This document shows positions 17,782-27,020 of a stretch of DNA of 64,000 bases, piece by piece. Source of the stretch: Candidatus Parcubacteria bacterium (GTDB lineage: Bacteria > Patescibacteriota > Minisyncoccia > Phycocordibacterales > PALSA-1337); contig JBDLTF010000005.1 of the NCBI GenBank assembly GCA_039799225.1, forward strand, positions 2,884-66,883, in the 5' to 3' direction. Below the pieces are notes generated by a model that was not told the DNA's origin, did not search any database, and saw nothing but the letters and a program-made list of their open reading frames with translations. Numbering within the stretch: position 1 is the first letter of the stretch; each line of letters opens with the position of its first letter. The translations under genes and the position numbers were made by a program.

Positions 17782-18447
17782 TTATCCTAATGTCCATTGA
17801 ATACTAGTAACTTCAAATATATCCCTTTTCAGCTCGCCAATCATTTTGAAAGTATATCTCTGATACTGACTATTTGTTATAACTTTTATAAATTCAGCGA
17901 AAGTATCGTTTTGGTAGCGAGTATTTTGTACGACTGTCGGCATCTTAACTTTCATCGTTTCCATACCTGTTGTCAGCATAAATGTACGAGCATCTATATC
18001 TATACTCTTGATGTCTTTGACAACAACACCAATTTCCTGAATTCCAACCTTATCAGCGCACCACACATAAGGAAGATCAGATGATACTGAATTTGGCCCA
18101 ATTATCATACAAAGGAGATGCCAATTCTCATATGCGTACTCTACACGGTCACCGAAACGAGAAGGTTGAGTCACTTCTCCTATAGTAGCCAATATACGAT
18201 TGGCGACGATTTTCTGCGCAGATGACACCGGAAGCTTGTACCCTGGAATATTTTTGAAACCAGGCTGTGCTTCTATTTTGTAATCAGAATTTGCCTCCTG
18301 TTGAAGATTTTCCAAAATTGATTTTGCTTGTGGACCAGCTGATGATCTTTCATTCTTACTATAAAGATATACACCACCACCTACTACGAGCACTGCAATT
18401 ATTGCTAAAAGAAGTGGTGTAACAAAACCTTTTTGTGGATTTTTCAT
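17782..18447 (-). CDS. hypothetical secreted/membrane-anchored protein (AT-rich gene inserted between ftsW and murG)
   Basis: N-terminal TM/signal (FVTPLLLAIIAVLVVGGGVYLY). About 35% GC against about 50% in the flanking genes. Confidence 0.5.
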   Translation of the reverse strand: MKNPQKGFVTPLLLAIIAVLVVGGGVYLYSKNERSSAGPQAKSILENLQQEANSDYKIEAQPGFKNIPGYKLPVSSAQKIVANRILATIGEVTQPSRFGDRVEYAYENWHLLCMIIGPNSVSSDLPYVWCADKVGIQEIGVVVKDIKSIDIDARTFMLTTGMETMKVKMPTVVQNTRYQNDTFAEFIKVITNSQYQRYTFKMIGELKRDIFEVTSIQWTLG

Positions 18448-18462
18448 AGGAAAATTATAGCA

Positions 18463-19560
18463 TTACCTCGAATATTTCGACACATTAGCAACCATACCCG
18501 ACGCAGCGAGAATGATAATGAGCGCTGTACCTCCGTGCGAGACGAAAAGGAGTGGTAGGCCCGAAAGTGGTATGACCCCAAGCATCGCACCGATGTTCAT
18601 GAATGATTCGGTGATAATGAGGACTGCCAGACCGATTGCGAGCATACTGCCGAATGGGTCATGAGTGTGTGTACCTATACGGAACGAGCTCACCGCAAGC
18701 GATATATAGAGTGCGAGCAAGACCAATCCACCAAGAAAGCCGAACTCTTCAGCCGCTACCGCAAATATAGAGTCGCCAATTGGTTCTGGTAGATAGCCGA
18801 ACTTCTGGATACTCTGACCGAATCCACGACCAGCGAATTGTCCCGAACCTATGGCGATGAGGGATTGATTCACCTGATACCCAGTTCCCTGAGTATCCGA
18901 TCCTCCATTGAAATAAGTAGCGATGCGCTGGAGTGCATGCGGCTGAAGTGATAATGCTCCAGCCAAAGCAACTGCGCCAACAACAACTATTCCGATGAAA
19001 TGCTTTTTGGGCAAACCAGCGATAAACAACATCACCAGTCCGGTGAATCCAATAATGGCGAGCGTATCATTGTCATGCTGGAAAAATAAGAGTGTTCCGA
19101 GCACTGCCATTATGATGACATATGGCATAACTCCATGTTTGAACTGACTAATCTTGTCCTTGGTGAAATGAATCCAAGCCGCCATATATATGATGAATGC
19201 GATTTTCAAGAATTCAGATGGCTGGAATGAAATGAATCCGAGATCAATCCAGCGCGCCGCTCCGCCGTGATTCAAAGATAATGCTGGGATGAAAAGTAAA
19301 AGGTTGACGATGATTGAACCGATCAAGATAAAGAATGCTGCTGAGCGCAATCTGTGATAATTGAAACGAGAAAATCCCCAGAATGCTCCGACACCGATAA
19401 CCAAACTTATAGCTTGCTTGAGGGCAACCATACTGAAGTCCGCCCCATCACGTGCCAAGAGTCCAAGTGCTGCCGACAAGAATATGACGAAGCCGGCAAT
19501 CGTCAGTGCGGCGACAGAAAAGAGGAAGAATCGATCTATTTTTGCAGTAGCTGGCGACAT
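18463..19560 (-). CDS. ftsW: SEDS-family peptidoglycan glycosyltransferase (cell division protein FtsW/RodA)
   Basis: 10-TM profile. Conserved PSEFLKIAFIIYMAAW and GGTA motifs. Confidence 0.85.
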   Translation of the reverse strand: MSPATAKIDRFFLFSVAALTIAGFVIFLSAALGLLARDGADFSMVALKQAISLVIGVGAFWGFSRFNYHRLRSAAFFILIGSIIVNLLLFIPALSLNHGGAARWIDLGFISFQPSEFLKIAFIIYMAAWIHFTKDKISQFKHGVMPYVIIMAVLGTLLFFQHDNDTLAIIGFTGLVMLFIAGLPKKHFIGIVVVGAVALAGALSLQPHALQRIATYFNGGSDTQGTGYQVNQSLIAIGSGQFAGRGFGQSIQKFGYLPEPIGDSIFAVAAEEFGFLGGLVLLALYISLAVSSFRIGTHTHDPFGSMLAIGLAVLIITESFMNIGAMLGVIPLSGLPLLFVSHGGTALIIILAASGMVANVSKYSR

Positions 19561-20142
19561 TTACGGTTGAGGTTGGGAATCTGGAGTAGCCACAGGTTCC
19601 TGATGTGCCTTGAATCCTTCGATATCTTTCCTTACTTGTTCATATTCCGGCAATTCTTCAATTTTTGGAATTCCAAGATGTGACAAGAGTTGCAGAGTGG
19701 TCTTGTAGAGAAAACTACGAGCATCTTGTGGATTCTCTACACGCTCAACGAGTCCACGAATGAGTAGGTTACGCACGATGAACTGAGAATTGACCCCGCG
19801 GATGTAATCGATATCCGCACGAGAGATGGGACCTTGATACAAAATAATAGAAAGAGTCTCAAGTCCTGCTTTGCCAAGATCTCGCGTTAATTCTTCTTTG
19901 GTCAATTGTTCAATAAGAGGAGAAATTTCCTTGGCGGTGCCGAGCATAACTTCTTCGTTAGTACGCACAAGGGTCAAACCCCTTCCCTTCAGGGCGTTTT
20001 CCAATTCCTGCAAGCCAGCGTTGATAGCGTCAGTGCCCACATCGAGCAATGTGCACAATTTCTTGATAGAAACGGGTTCAGCTTTCCAGAAAAGGATGGC
20101 TTCAAGTTGAGCAGATAGATTCATATGATGAAATAATATCAT
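19561..20142 (-). CDS. scpB: segregation and condensation protein B
   Basis: LEAILFWKAEPVSIKKL winged-helix ScpB signature. Adjacent to scpA. Confidence 0.85.
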   Translation of the reverse strand: MILFHHMNLSAQLEAILFWKAEPVSIKKLCTLLDVGTDAINAGLQELENALKGRGLTLVRTNEEVMLGTAKEISPLIEQLTKEELTRDLGKAGLETLSIILYQGPISRADIDYIRGVNSQFIVRNLLIRGLVERVENPQDARSFLYKTTLQLLSHLGIPKIEELPEYEQVRKDIEGFKAHQEPVATPDSQPQP

Positions 20143-20864
20143 TAATACCTCGGCACCCCAACATTCTTGGTCTCCATATGAATATCGTCGAACTGCCTTT
20201 CTTGGGTAACGTGCAAGACGCCTTCCTTGACCAGCTCGAGCATCGCCAGGAAGCTCACGATGACATTCACCTTCTCACCTTTATGCTCACCGGTAAATTG
20301 TTTGAAACTCATACGCAGACTACTCGTAATACGATTGGTAAGTGTACCGATCATATCTTCGAGACTGACGACCTTCTGGACCACATGCTTTGGCAGACTC
20401 TCCTTCTTGGGTAGACGATTAATCAAATCTTTGAGCGAGTACAGCGCCTTCTCCAACGTGAATTCTGGCGCAGGGGCGAACACTGGCTGAACCGGTCGTG
20501 TCGCGGATTGTGAGAATATCATTTCAGCGCCAAAGAGTTTGCTGACATGGACACTCGCATCCTTTATGCGTTTAAATATTTTGAGGCGCGTCTCAAGGTC
20601 TTGAATGTCTCCTTTCTCTTCTTCAGTGAGGCTCAATTCAGGCAGAAGTGACTTGGACTTGATGAGAAGAAGCGTCGAAGCAACGAGAATGAAGTGTGCA
20701 GACTCCCCCATTGGCATCTGCTCGAATGAACGGACATGAGCGATGAAGTCATCGGTAACCTTGGCGAGTGAGATGTCACTAATGAAAAGCTTTCTCTTCT
20801 CAATAAGGTCAAGTAGGAGATCGAGAGGACCTTCGAATGACTGAGTTTTGACGGTAAATGCCAT
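20142..20864 (-). CDS. scpA: segregation and condensation protein A
   Basis: FEGPLDLLLDLIEKRKLFISDISLAKVTD is a canonical ScpA N-terminus. Confidence 0.85.
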   Translation of the reverse strand: MAFTVKTQSFEGPLDLLLDLIEKRKLFISDISLAKVTDDFIAHVRSFEQMPMGESAHFILVASTLLLIKSKSLLPELSLTEEEKGDIQDLETRLKIFKRIKDASVHVSKLFGAEMIFSQSATRPVQPVFAPAPEFTLEKALYSLKDLINRLPKKESLPKHVVQKVVSLEDMIGTLTNRITSSLRMSFKQFTGEHKGEKVNVIVSFLAMLELVKEGVLHVTQERQFDDIHMETKNVGVPRY

Positions 20865-20908
20865 GTCCGCATATTATAGCGCATCTTGCTTCCTATCAGA
20901 TATTTCGA

Positions 20909-21151
20909 TTATTTCTCAATAACACAGTCGAATTCTGACACAGTGGTACTGCCTATGAAAAAATAATCTTTAATTAAGATAAACTCACGAATATCTTGGC
21001 ACGCCTTCTCATTCAACGCTTTCTGGATGCGATATTCTCTCCGAGTAATACTATCCGCATATGATATAGATGCGGTAAATACGACTATGACCGAAGCGAT
21101 GCATCCCATAGCAAGCAAGATAATAGCCGTTACAGCCATGAAGCCACTCAT
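20909..21151 (-). CDS. hypothetical small membrane protein (possible minor pseudopilin lacking Glu5)
   Basis: Hydrophobic GFMAVTAIILLAMGCIASVIVVF segment after a short N-region. Start is uncertain: the table start at 21193 overlaps the prepilin ORF. Confidence 0.35.
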   Translation of the reverse strand: MSGFMAVTAIILLAMGCIASVIVVFTASISYADSITRREYRIQKALNEKACQDIREFILIKDYFFIGSTTVSEFDCVIEK

Positions 21152-21161
21152 TGAATTGTAG

Positions 21162-21332
21162 CTAATTCTGTTGCGCATAGTTGATATCATCAAGAAGCGA
21201 AGCGTCCTTCATTTGAATTGAGTATAGAAAATTAATCGTCCCCGCGATTAAGAACGATAGCAGCACGGTATATATCACAACCTCGATTAAGATCATTCCT
21301 TGTGTAGGATTTTTCTTTGAAGAATAAATCAT
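21162..21332 (-). CDS. small prepilin-like protein (56 aa; class III signal G|MILIEV with Glu+5), not in the supplied ORF table
   Basis: Minus-strand ORF MIYSSKKNPTQG|MILIEVVIYTVLLSFLIAG... Its ATG overlaps the stop of the upstream pilin-like gene (ATGA). Confidence 0.45.
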   Translation of the reverse strand: MIYSSKKNPTQGMILIEVVIYTVLLSFLIAGTINFLYSIQMKDASLLDDINYAQQN

Positions 21333-22798
21333 TTGAATGTGACCTCATAGATGATGGGTGCTGTACTCGCCAGAATATAAATCCGATTTCTATCACAAGT
21401 CATTGCTCGTGGTGTACTTGGGAGAGGAAAGGCTGTTGAAGATGTTGCTGACATAGAATAATTGAATACCTGTAATTCTTTTCCGACAGCGCGACTTATA
21501 GCATAGAGGTGAAATCTGTCGACAATGATTCCGTATATTCCACCAACAACATCGACAGACATGTTCAAGGATGGCGTTGGATGTTCAATTGAAGGCACCA
21601 ACCCAGCAAATAGCTCATGGTCATTTTTGATATTAAAACCACCCGATGTCCTGCCTAAGAAAATGGAATCCTCGAATGAGGTCGCTGACTTCCCTTCCTG
21701 ACGTTCCCAGCCAGACAGTTCGAATTCACCTGTAATGAGCGGAGTGCTTGGTTCAGAAATATCTACTGAAATCAGTTGCTCGCGTCCAGCGGTCGCAAGA
21801 TATGCATTTCCCTGTCGCACGAATATGTCTGTGACCTTACTCCCTATTTCAAGCCCACCTATTCGATGAGGTGTAGTAGAGCCTGCCACATCAATAATTG
21901 AAAACTCTTCTCCAATCCACTTTTCAGTTCCAAGGTATATCAATCCATTGTTATAGAATATTGAACTCGCAACCGGTGGCGTCGCGGTCGCATATGGAAG
22001 TGGTACTTGGTATTTGTATTCGAGAATAGGCGTAGCTAAACTATTAAATCGAATAACATGGAGTTGTGCCGCAGTACTCGCTGCAGCCGCGAAGATTTTG
22101 TCTTTGACTAAGGCAATTGAGGCGATTCCCGGACCAGTGTTTATTGAAGAAATTACAGTTGGATTATCATGATCTCTAATATCAGCAGTAAGAAGATCTG
22201 AATCTCCAGCCACGGATGAATCCGTAGAAATATAGGCAACACCATTTCGCACCTCTATATCTGTGAGCGGAAGCAGTGGATCTATAGGTAGTGTAATAGG
22301 AACTATAGACGCAACAAATGGTTTCAATGCTGGATGCTGGAATCCATATGAACCAACAGGATTTGTACTTGAAAAATTAACTGTACACAAAGGAGTTCCG
22401 CGGATTTCTTCCATAGACTCGAATGGGTACGCACGGACCGCATTGAATACAATAGGTCCAACTCGATTCATATATGGAGAATCCACCTCAAGGGAAATAT
22501 CTGTCTCAATTCGATTATTCCCAAACCATCGAGCCAATGCATCTATGGTCGTGGTGCCAAAAGATATACTAGGAGAAATACTAATGCTCCGCGACTCATG
22601 AGGCATCATATCTTCAAATTCACTTTTATGTTCCTCATATAAATTAAGAGCATATTCCCTTTCACGTGCAGTCTCGAACATATCTCGTGCTGATGAAGAT
22701 GCTTGCGCGATGGATGCGACGAACACTGTCCCGAGCGCGAGGGCCAGAAGAATATCAACAAGAATCAATCCTGATTTTTTGTTTGAGCGAGTAATCAT
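21329..22798 (-). CDS. pilin-like N-terminus + beta-propeller (LVIVD/YVTN-like repeats) protein; candidate pilus-associated adhesin
   Basis: N-terminus MITRSNKKSG|LILVDILLALALGT has prepilin-like geometry but Asp at +5. The C-terminal 440 aa has repeated beta-strand-rich units. Directly downstream of pilC and pilB. Confidence 0.55.
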   Translation of the reverse strand: MITRSNKKSGLILVDILLALALGTVFVASIAQASSSARDMFETAREREYALNLYEEHKSEFEDMMPHESRSISISPSISFGTTTIDALARWFGNNRIETDISLEVDSPYMNRVGPIVFNAVRAYPFESMEEIRGTPLCTVNFSSTNPVGSYGFQHPALKPFVASIVPITLPIDPLLPLTDIEVRNGVAYISTDSSVAGDSDLLTADIRDHDNPTVISSINTGPGIASIALVKDKIFAAAASTAAQLHVIRFNSLATPILEYKYQVPLPYATATPPVASSIFYNNGLIYLGTEKWIGEEFSIIDVAGSTTPHRIGGLEIGSKVTDIFVRQGNAYLATAGREQLISVDISEPSTPLITGEFELSGWERQEGKSATSFEDSIFLGRTSGGFNIKNDHELFAGLVPSIEHPTPSLNMSVDVVGGIYGIIVDRFHLYAISRAVGKELQVFNYSMSATSSTAFPLPSTPRAMTCDRNRIYILASTAPIIYEVTFK

Positions 22799-22804
22799 GG
22801 TTTG

Positions 22805-23866
22805 TTAGCGTTGAAGAACTTTCGATATGTCATAGATAGGCATCATGATGGAGAGCGCAATCGCTCCGACCACGATTCCCATGCCAGCCATCATCATGGG
22901 TTCAATGAGTGCTGTGGCACGTTTTAACTTGTGATCAATGTCTCTATCTATGATGTCAGCCGCGCGAACCATCGATTTGCCCAAGTTCCCCGAAGCTTCA
23001 CCGGCTAAGAGAAGCGGTGATACATATGGTGTCTTACGACATATGTTTCGAAGAATTACTCCAAGCGGTATTCCTTTCGATACTTGTTCGGCCTGAGAAT
23101 TCATATGGGAAGCAAGCGTGAGAAGAGAAACCGAAGCTGACGCACGAGTGTATGCGTTGACTGCTGATATTCCAGAATCGATTAATGTTCCACAAGATCT
23201 AAGGAACACAGATAACGAATAGGTATGGATGATATTTCCAATAAGCGGCACGTGAACAATACATATATGCATGATTTTTTTGAATACATGGGTGGTTCGA
23301 TACAGCACCAACGCAACCAATGCGATCGCGAAAATTCCTGCAAAAATAAAAAGTCCGTAGTCGATGAGGTGCTCAGAAATAAACATAACGATGCGGGTGA
23401 GAATTGGCAGATCAACACGAAGACTCTTAAGCATTGGAATAATTTGCGGCATAACTCCTCGCACAAGACCAATTGTGAGAATGCCCGCAAAAGCGCCAAT
23501 GACTACCGGATATGTCAGTGCTGAGAGAGATTTGCGACGAATATCATCTTGTTGTTCCATGAGCATACGTGCCATTGCGAGTGATTGTGCTAAGCCACCC
23601 GATTGTTCACCATGATCGATAAGACCAACAATCATCGGTGGTATGCGTACAGTTGAAGATAGTGACGTGGCGAGAGATGTACCACTAAGAATGCCGTGAT
23701 GCGCACGCATTACTTGTTTGGCTTGATTCTGCTTCATGCCCTGCGCAACTGTCTCGAGAGCTTTGTCGATACTCAAACCTGAAGATACATAAAGTTCTAT
23801 GTGTTCAAAAAGAAGCATGAGATCCCTGCGACGCCAACGCGCTCTATGTATACGAGTCGATGCCAT
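22805..23866 (-). CDS. pilC: type II secretion / type IV pilus platform protein (GspF/PilC family)
   Basis: Polytopic membrane protein with GspF-domain features. Located next to the GspE ATPase. Confidence 0.75.
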   Translation of the reverse strand: MASTRIHRARWRRRDLMLLFEHIELYVSSGLSIDKALETVAQGMKQNQAKQVMRAHHGILSGTSLATSLSSTVRIPPMIVGLIDHGEQSGGLAQSLAMARMLMEQQDDIRRKSLSALTYPVVIGAFAGILTIGLVRGVMPQIIPMLKSLRVDLPILTRIVMFISEHLIDYGLFIFAGIFAIALVALVLYRTTHVFKKIMHICIVHVPLIGNIIHTYSLSVFLRSCGTLIDSGISAVNAYTRASASVSLLTLASHMNSQAEQVSKGIPLGVILRNICRKTPYVSPLLLAGEASGNLGKSMVRAADIIDRDIDHKLKRATALIEPMMMAGMGIVVGAIALSIMMPIYDISKVLQR

Positions 23867-23870
23867 ATAC

Positions 23871-25013
23871 TCAATCAGCTAATACTCGAGCAACTTCTTG
23901 CTCTGTGGTAATTCCCCATTCCACTTTCTCGTGACCATCCTCACTCATAGGAACAAAACCTGCTGATTTTGCATACGCGAGCATGCTGGCAGAGCTCGAA
24001 CGCTCAACAATAAGTTCCTTCAATCCCGCGTCGACCGCGCAGGCTTCTGCAATCACAGATCTCCCGTTATATCCCGTATGTCGACACCTATCACATCCAT
24101 CTAATAAGCACTCTCGACACATGGCGCGGACCAACCGTTGAGCAACGACGAGACGAAGCGTGGATGCGAGAAGATACGGATCAACACCCATATCCATGAG
24201 GCGTGGAATTGCTTCGAGCGCAGAATTGGTATGTATTGTCGACAGCACAAGATGTCCCGTGAGTGCAGTATGAATAGCAACGCGCGCAGTTTCAGCATCA
24301 CGAATCTCACCAACCATGATGACATCAGGATCTTGTCGCAACGCTGAACGGAGACCTGAAGCGAAGGTCACTCCATGACTGTGTCGAATATGTACCTGAC
24401 GAACGAGTGGTATCTCATACTCGACTGGATCTTCAAGAGTGATTATGGATATGGGCTCGCGAGATTTGAGAGACAGACATGAATGAAGTGTCGTCGTCTT
24501 CCCCGAACCAGTCGGACCAGACACGAGAATGAGTCCAGATGCTTGTGCGAGTGCACCATCGATTGCACGAACATGGTCCGGCGTGAATCCGAGCTTGGCG
24601 AAAGACACTTCCGACGATATGCGTGCAGGCAGAAGACGTATGACAGCATTCTCACCATGATATGTAGGCATGAATGAGATGCGTATATTGTAATCATCGC
24701 CAGATATCTCAGACTTCCATCTCCCATCCTGCGGAACAGCATGTATATCTGTACGTGCACCCGAAAGTATTTTGAGACGTGCGATGATTTCCTCATGGAG
24801 CCTGCGTGACATGAGCGCCACTTCCTCGACCTGACCATCTATACGAAGACGTATACGGACACCGTCCTCAAATGGATCATAGTGAACATCCGAAGCACGC
24901 ACCGAAGCAGCATATGAAAGGAATGCATCTATAGCTTCTGTTGCCGTGGATGGCTCGTGGTCGAAGATTTTTTGTGCTGATTTTCCGATTATTTCTTGTG
25001 TGTTCATGGACAC
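23871..25013 (-). CDS. pilB: type II/IV secretion ATPase (GspE/PilB family)
   Basis: Walker A VSGPTGSGKTT, Asp/His boxes, tetracysteine CRECLLDGCDRCRHTGY zinc motif. Start is either GTG at 25013 or ATG at 25007. Confidence 0.9.
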   Translation of the reverse strand: MSMNTQEIIGKSAQKIFDHEPSTATEAIDAFLSYAASVRASDVHYDPFEDGVRIRLRIDGQVEEVALMSRRLHEEIIARLKILSGARTDIHAVPQDGRWKSEISGDDYNIRISFMPTYHGENAVIRLLPARISSEVSFAKLGFTPDHVRAIDGALAQASGLILVSGPTGSGKTTTLHSCLSLKSREPISIITLEDPVEYEIPLVRQVHIRHSHGVTFASGLRSALRQDPDVIMVGEIRDAETARVAIHTALTGHLVLSTIHTNSALEAIPRLMDMGVDPYLLASTLRLVVAQRLVRAMCRECLLDGCDRCRHTGYNGRSVIAEACAVDAGLKELIVERSSSASMLAYAKSAGFVPMSEDGHEKVEWGITTEQEVARVLAD

Positions 25014-25065
25014 ACTTTATCAAACCACTATGAAGGAACCGTGATGAAGTGGTAGAGAAACAATG
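25014..25065 (-). promoter_or_regulatory. conserved upstream motif, copy 3 (minus strand GTTTCTCTACCACTTCATCACGGTTCCTTCATA followed by TTTGATAAAGT)
   Basis: Immediately 5' of the pilB start. Same core as copies at 2699-2750 and 11849-11900. Confidence 0.5.
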
Positions 25066-25203
25066 ATGAACAGATTCTTATGATTTTATTTGCACTTTCC
25101 TTATAGATGTGTTATTATTCTCAGTCGCTGTTCTTTTGAAAACCATCCCATTCGGGAGACAAAAGGCGCATAAATACGGACTCAACTACTACTGAAGTTA
25201 CTC

Positions 25204-25752
25204 ATGTTACTACCGAATCGCCGAGAAATCCCTCAAGTCGTCATTCCTATGACCTGTATCGCCTGTATCAACCCTGAACGACAAGAGAAGATCAAACAGG
25301 CCTTGAATATCTGTGCCAAAGACCACGGATTCATCGTGTGGTCATTCCACAGTTTGGACATCTACGAGTGGATGCACACACTGGAAAATCGTATTCGCAC
25401 ACATATCGAGAACCGTCGGTTCCAATCTGTTTCGCGCGTCATGATCGTTGGTGCTCCACAGGTAGGCGACCAGGCCAAAGCCATCCATCGAGTTTGCCCT
25501 CATGCTCAGGCAGTCTACGTCGGCCCAAATATCAAGACGCCTCATCCCAATCATGCGACGCGCAATATTGCGAACGCCATCAAAGAGCTCGCTGCAACGA
25601 AGCATCGGTGCGAATATCTCGAACCGCTAGCGCCGATTGACTTCATCGTGCAACGCGCTATGACCGAGATGAAGTACACCGTGACAGCTCCGCAGCAAAT
25701 CACCGTACGGAACCCTTTGTCCACAGCCTCCCGCGAGCTCGTTCCCGCCTAG
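25204..25752 (+). CDS. hypothetical protein
   Basis: 182-aa ORF divergent from pilB. No recognisable motifs. Confidence 0.45.
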   Translation: MLLPNRREIPQVVIPMTCIACINPERQEKIKQALNICAKDHGFIVWSFHSLDIYEWMHTLENRIRTHIENRRFQSVSRVMIVGAPQVGDQAKAIHRVCPHAQAVYVGPNIKTPHPNHATRNIANAIKELAATKHRCEYLEPLAPIDFIVQRAMTEMKYTVTAPQQITVRNPLSTASRELVPA

Positions 25753-25929
25753 TCACCCCGAACAAAGGATGTTTTCAACCCCTCTTACCACCAGGTATGA
25801 GGGGCTTTTTATACCCCAGTTGCCAAAACCCACTTTTATGGTAGTATTCACAACTGGCTGTTCTTTGGAAATTGGATCCAAAAGATATTTGTCTGCCGAA
25901 AAATCAACATCAACGGAAGGATATGACGG

Positions 25930-26781
25930 ATGATACTCACACGTACTGATTTGGAAGTAACCATTAACGAGAGCCTCTGTGCCCTCAAAAACCAACGAGA
26001 AATACCTGTCACTGGCCTCCTATCAGGGGCAAGTTCCGGGAAAACCACGCTCATCAAAGCTATGCAACTCGCCGCCTGTAATGTGGGTGGGTTTGTCATC
26101 ACTGACATGAGCGTGATCATGGACTGGCACCAAAACCCTGAAAACCATTCTTCGCTGCAAGATTCATTCATTGCGGCGGAAGGTGCGCGCAAACGTGGTG
26201 ATTTAGTGGACGATCACCTTATCTTTGCAGGGTTCGTCTCCTATCTCGTCCAGGAACAACGCCACTCTTCATTGGGCGACATCCGGAAGATTCTCATTAG
26301 TGGTCTTCCCCGTAAACCCTTACAAGCAGAGCTTCTGTTGGAACACTTCCCCTCGTTCATCCTTGCTTACATCGATTGTCCCCAGGATGAATCTAACCGC
26401 CGCCGGCTCAAACGAATCGAAGATGGCGTCGATCGTCCTGATGACAAACCTGCCATATTCGAACGGCGCTGGAAAAACTTCCACGCAGAGACGGAACCGG
26501 CAATTGAAGAATACCGGGCAAAACATCTAGCTGATGGTCGCTTCGTGACAATCGACTACCGGCGCGCCCCGTTGACCAAAAGTCTGATTCTTTTGAAGGC
26601 CATGGGTCTCATGAGTAACGAGTACCGATCGCTTCACTTCCAGCTCGTGAATTCGCATTGCGAAGCATTCAAGCACTTGGACAAGGTACTGAACCCAGGC
26701 AAGTACAAAACCGCGCTCCCACAAGCACATTCGCATCATCGCAACAATGGTCACGGCAAACCTGCCAGTGTACCCGCCTAA
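25930..26781 (+). CDS. P-loop nucleoside-monophosphate-kinase-like protein (adenylate kinase fold, divergent)
   Basis: Walker A LSGASSGKTTL. ISGLPRKPLQAELL resembles the Adk DGFPRTxxQAEAL NMP-binding segment. RPDD lid-like motif. Confidence 0.5.
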   Translation: MILTRTDLEVTINESLCALKNQREIPVTGLLSGASSGKTTLIKAMQLAACNVGGFVITDMSVIMDWHQNPENHSSLQDSFIAAEGARKRGDLVDDHLIFAGFVSYLVQEQRHSSLGDIRKILISGLPRKPLQAELLLEHFPSFILAYIDCPQDESNRRRLKRIEDGVDRPDDKPAIFERRWKNFHAETEPAIEEYRAKHLADGRFVTIDYRRAPLTKSLILLKAMGLMSNEYRSLHFQLVNSHCEAFKHLDKVLNPGKYKTALPQAHSHHRNNGHGKPASVPA

Positions 26782-26948
26782 CGGATCCAATTCACCCCTC
26801 ACAGCCCTCCGCTCACCACGGATGGGCTTTTTTATTGTGACAAGCGAAGATCGTGTGCATTACATGCACGACGTCTGAGCGCAGTCACAAGAAAGGGAGT
26901 GTCCTTTATTGGCCAAAAAGCACTAAACAGCCGAGCATAGCCCTTATT

Positions 26949-26977
26949 TTGACAAAAAGGCACGGATAATGTAAACT
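26949..26977 (+). promoter_or_regulatory. sigma70-like promoter TTGACA-N17-TAAACT upstream of typA
   Basis: Consensus -35, 17-nt spacer. About 45 nt before the typA ATG. Confidence 0.45.
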
Positions 26978-27020
26978 ATACTCTCATTCTTATTTCGTCA
27001 CTTTAACCCATTATTCCCTC

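Noticed and set aside
25204-26781. Horizontally acquired island next to the pilus operon
   Set aside because: GC content and codon style look like the rest of the chromosome (about 50%), unlike the clearly AT-rich island at 12884-15977. The region is kept only as two uncharacterised genes.
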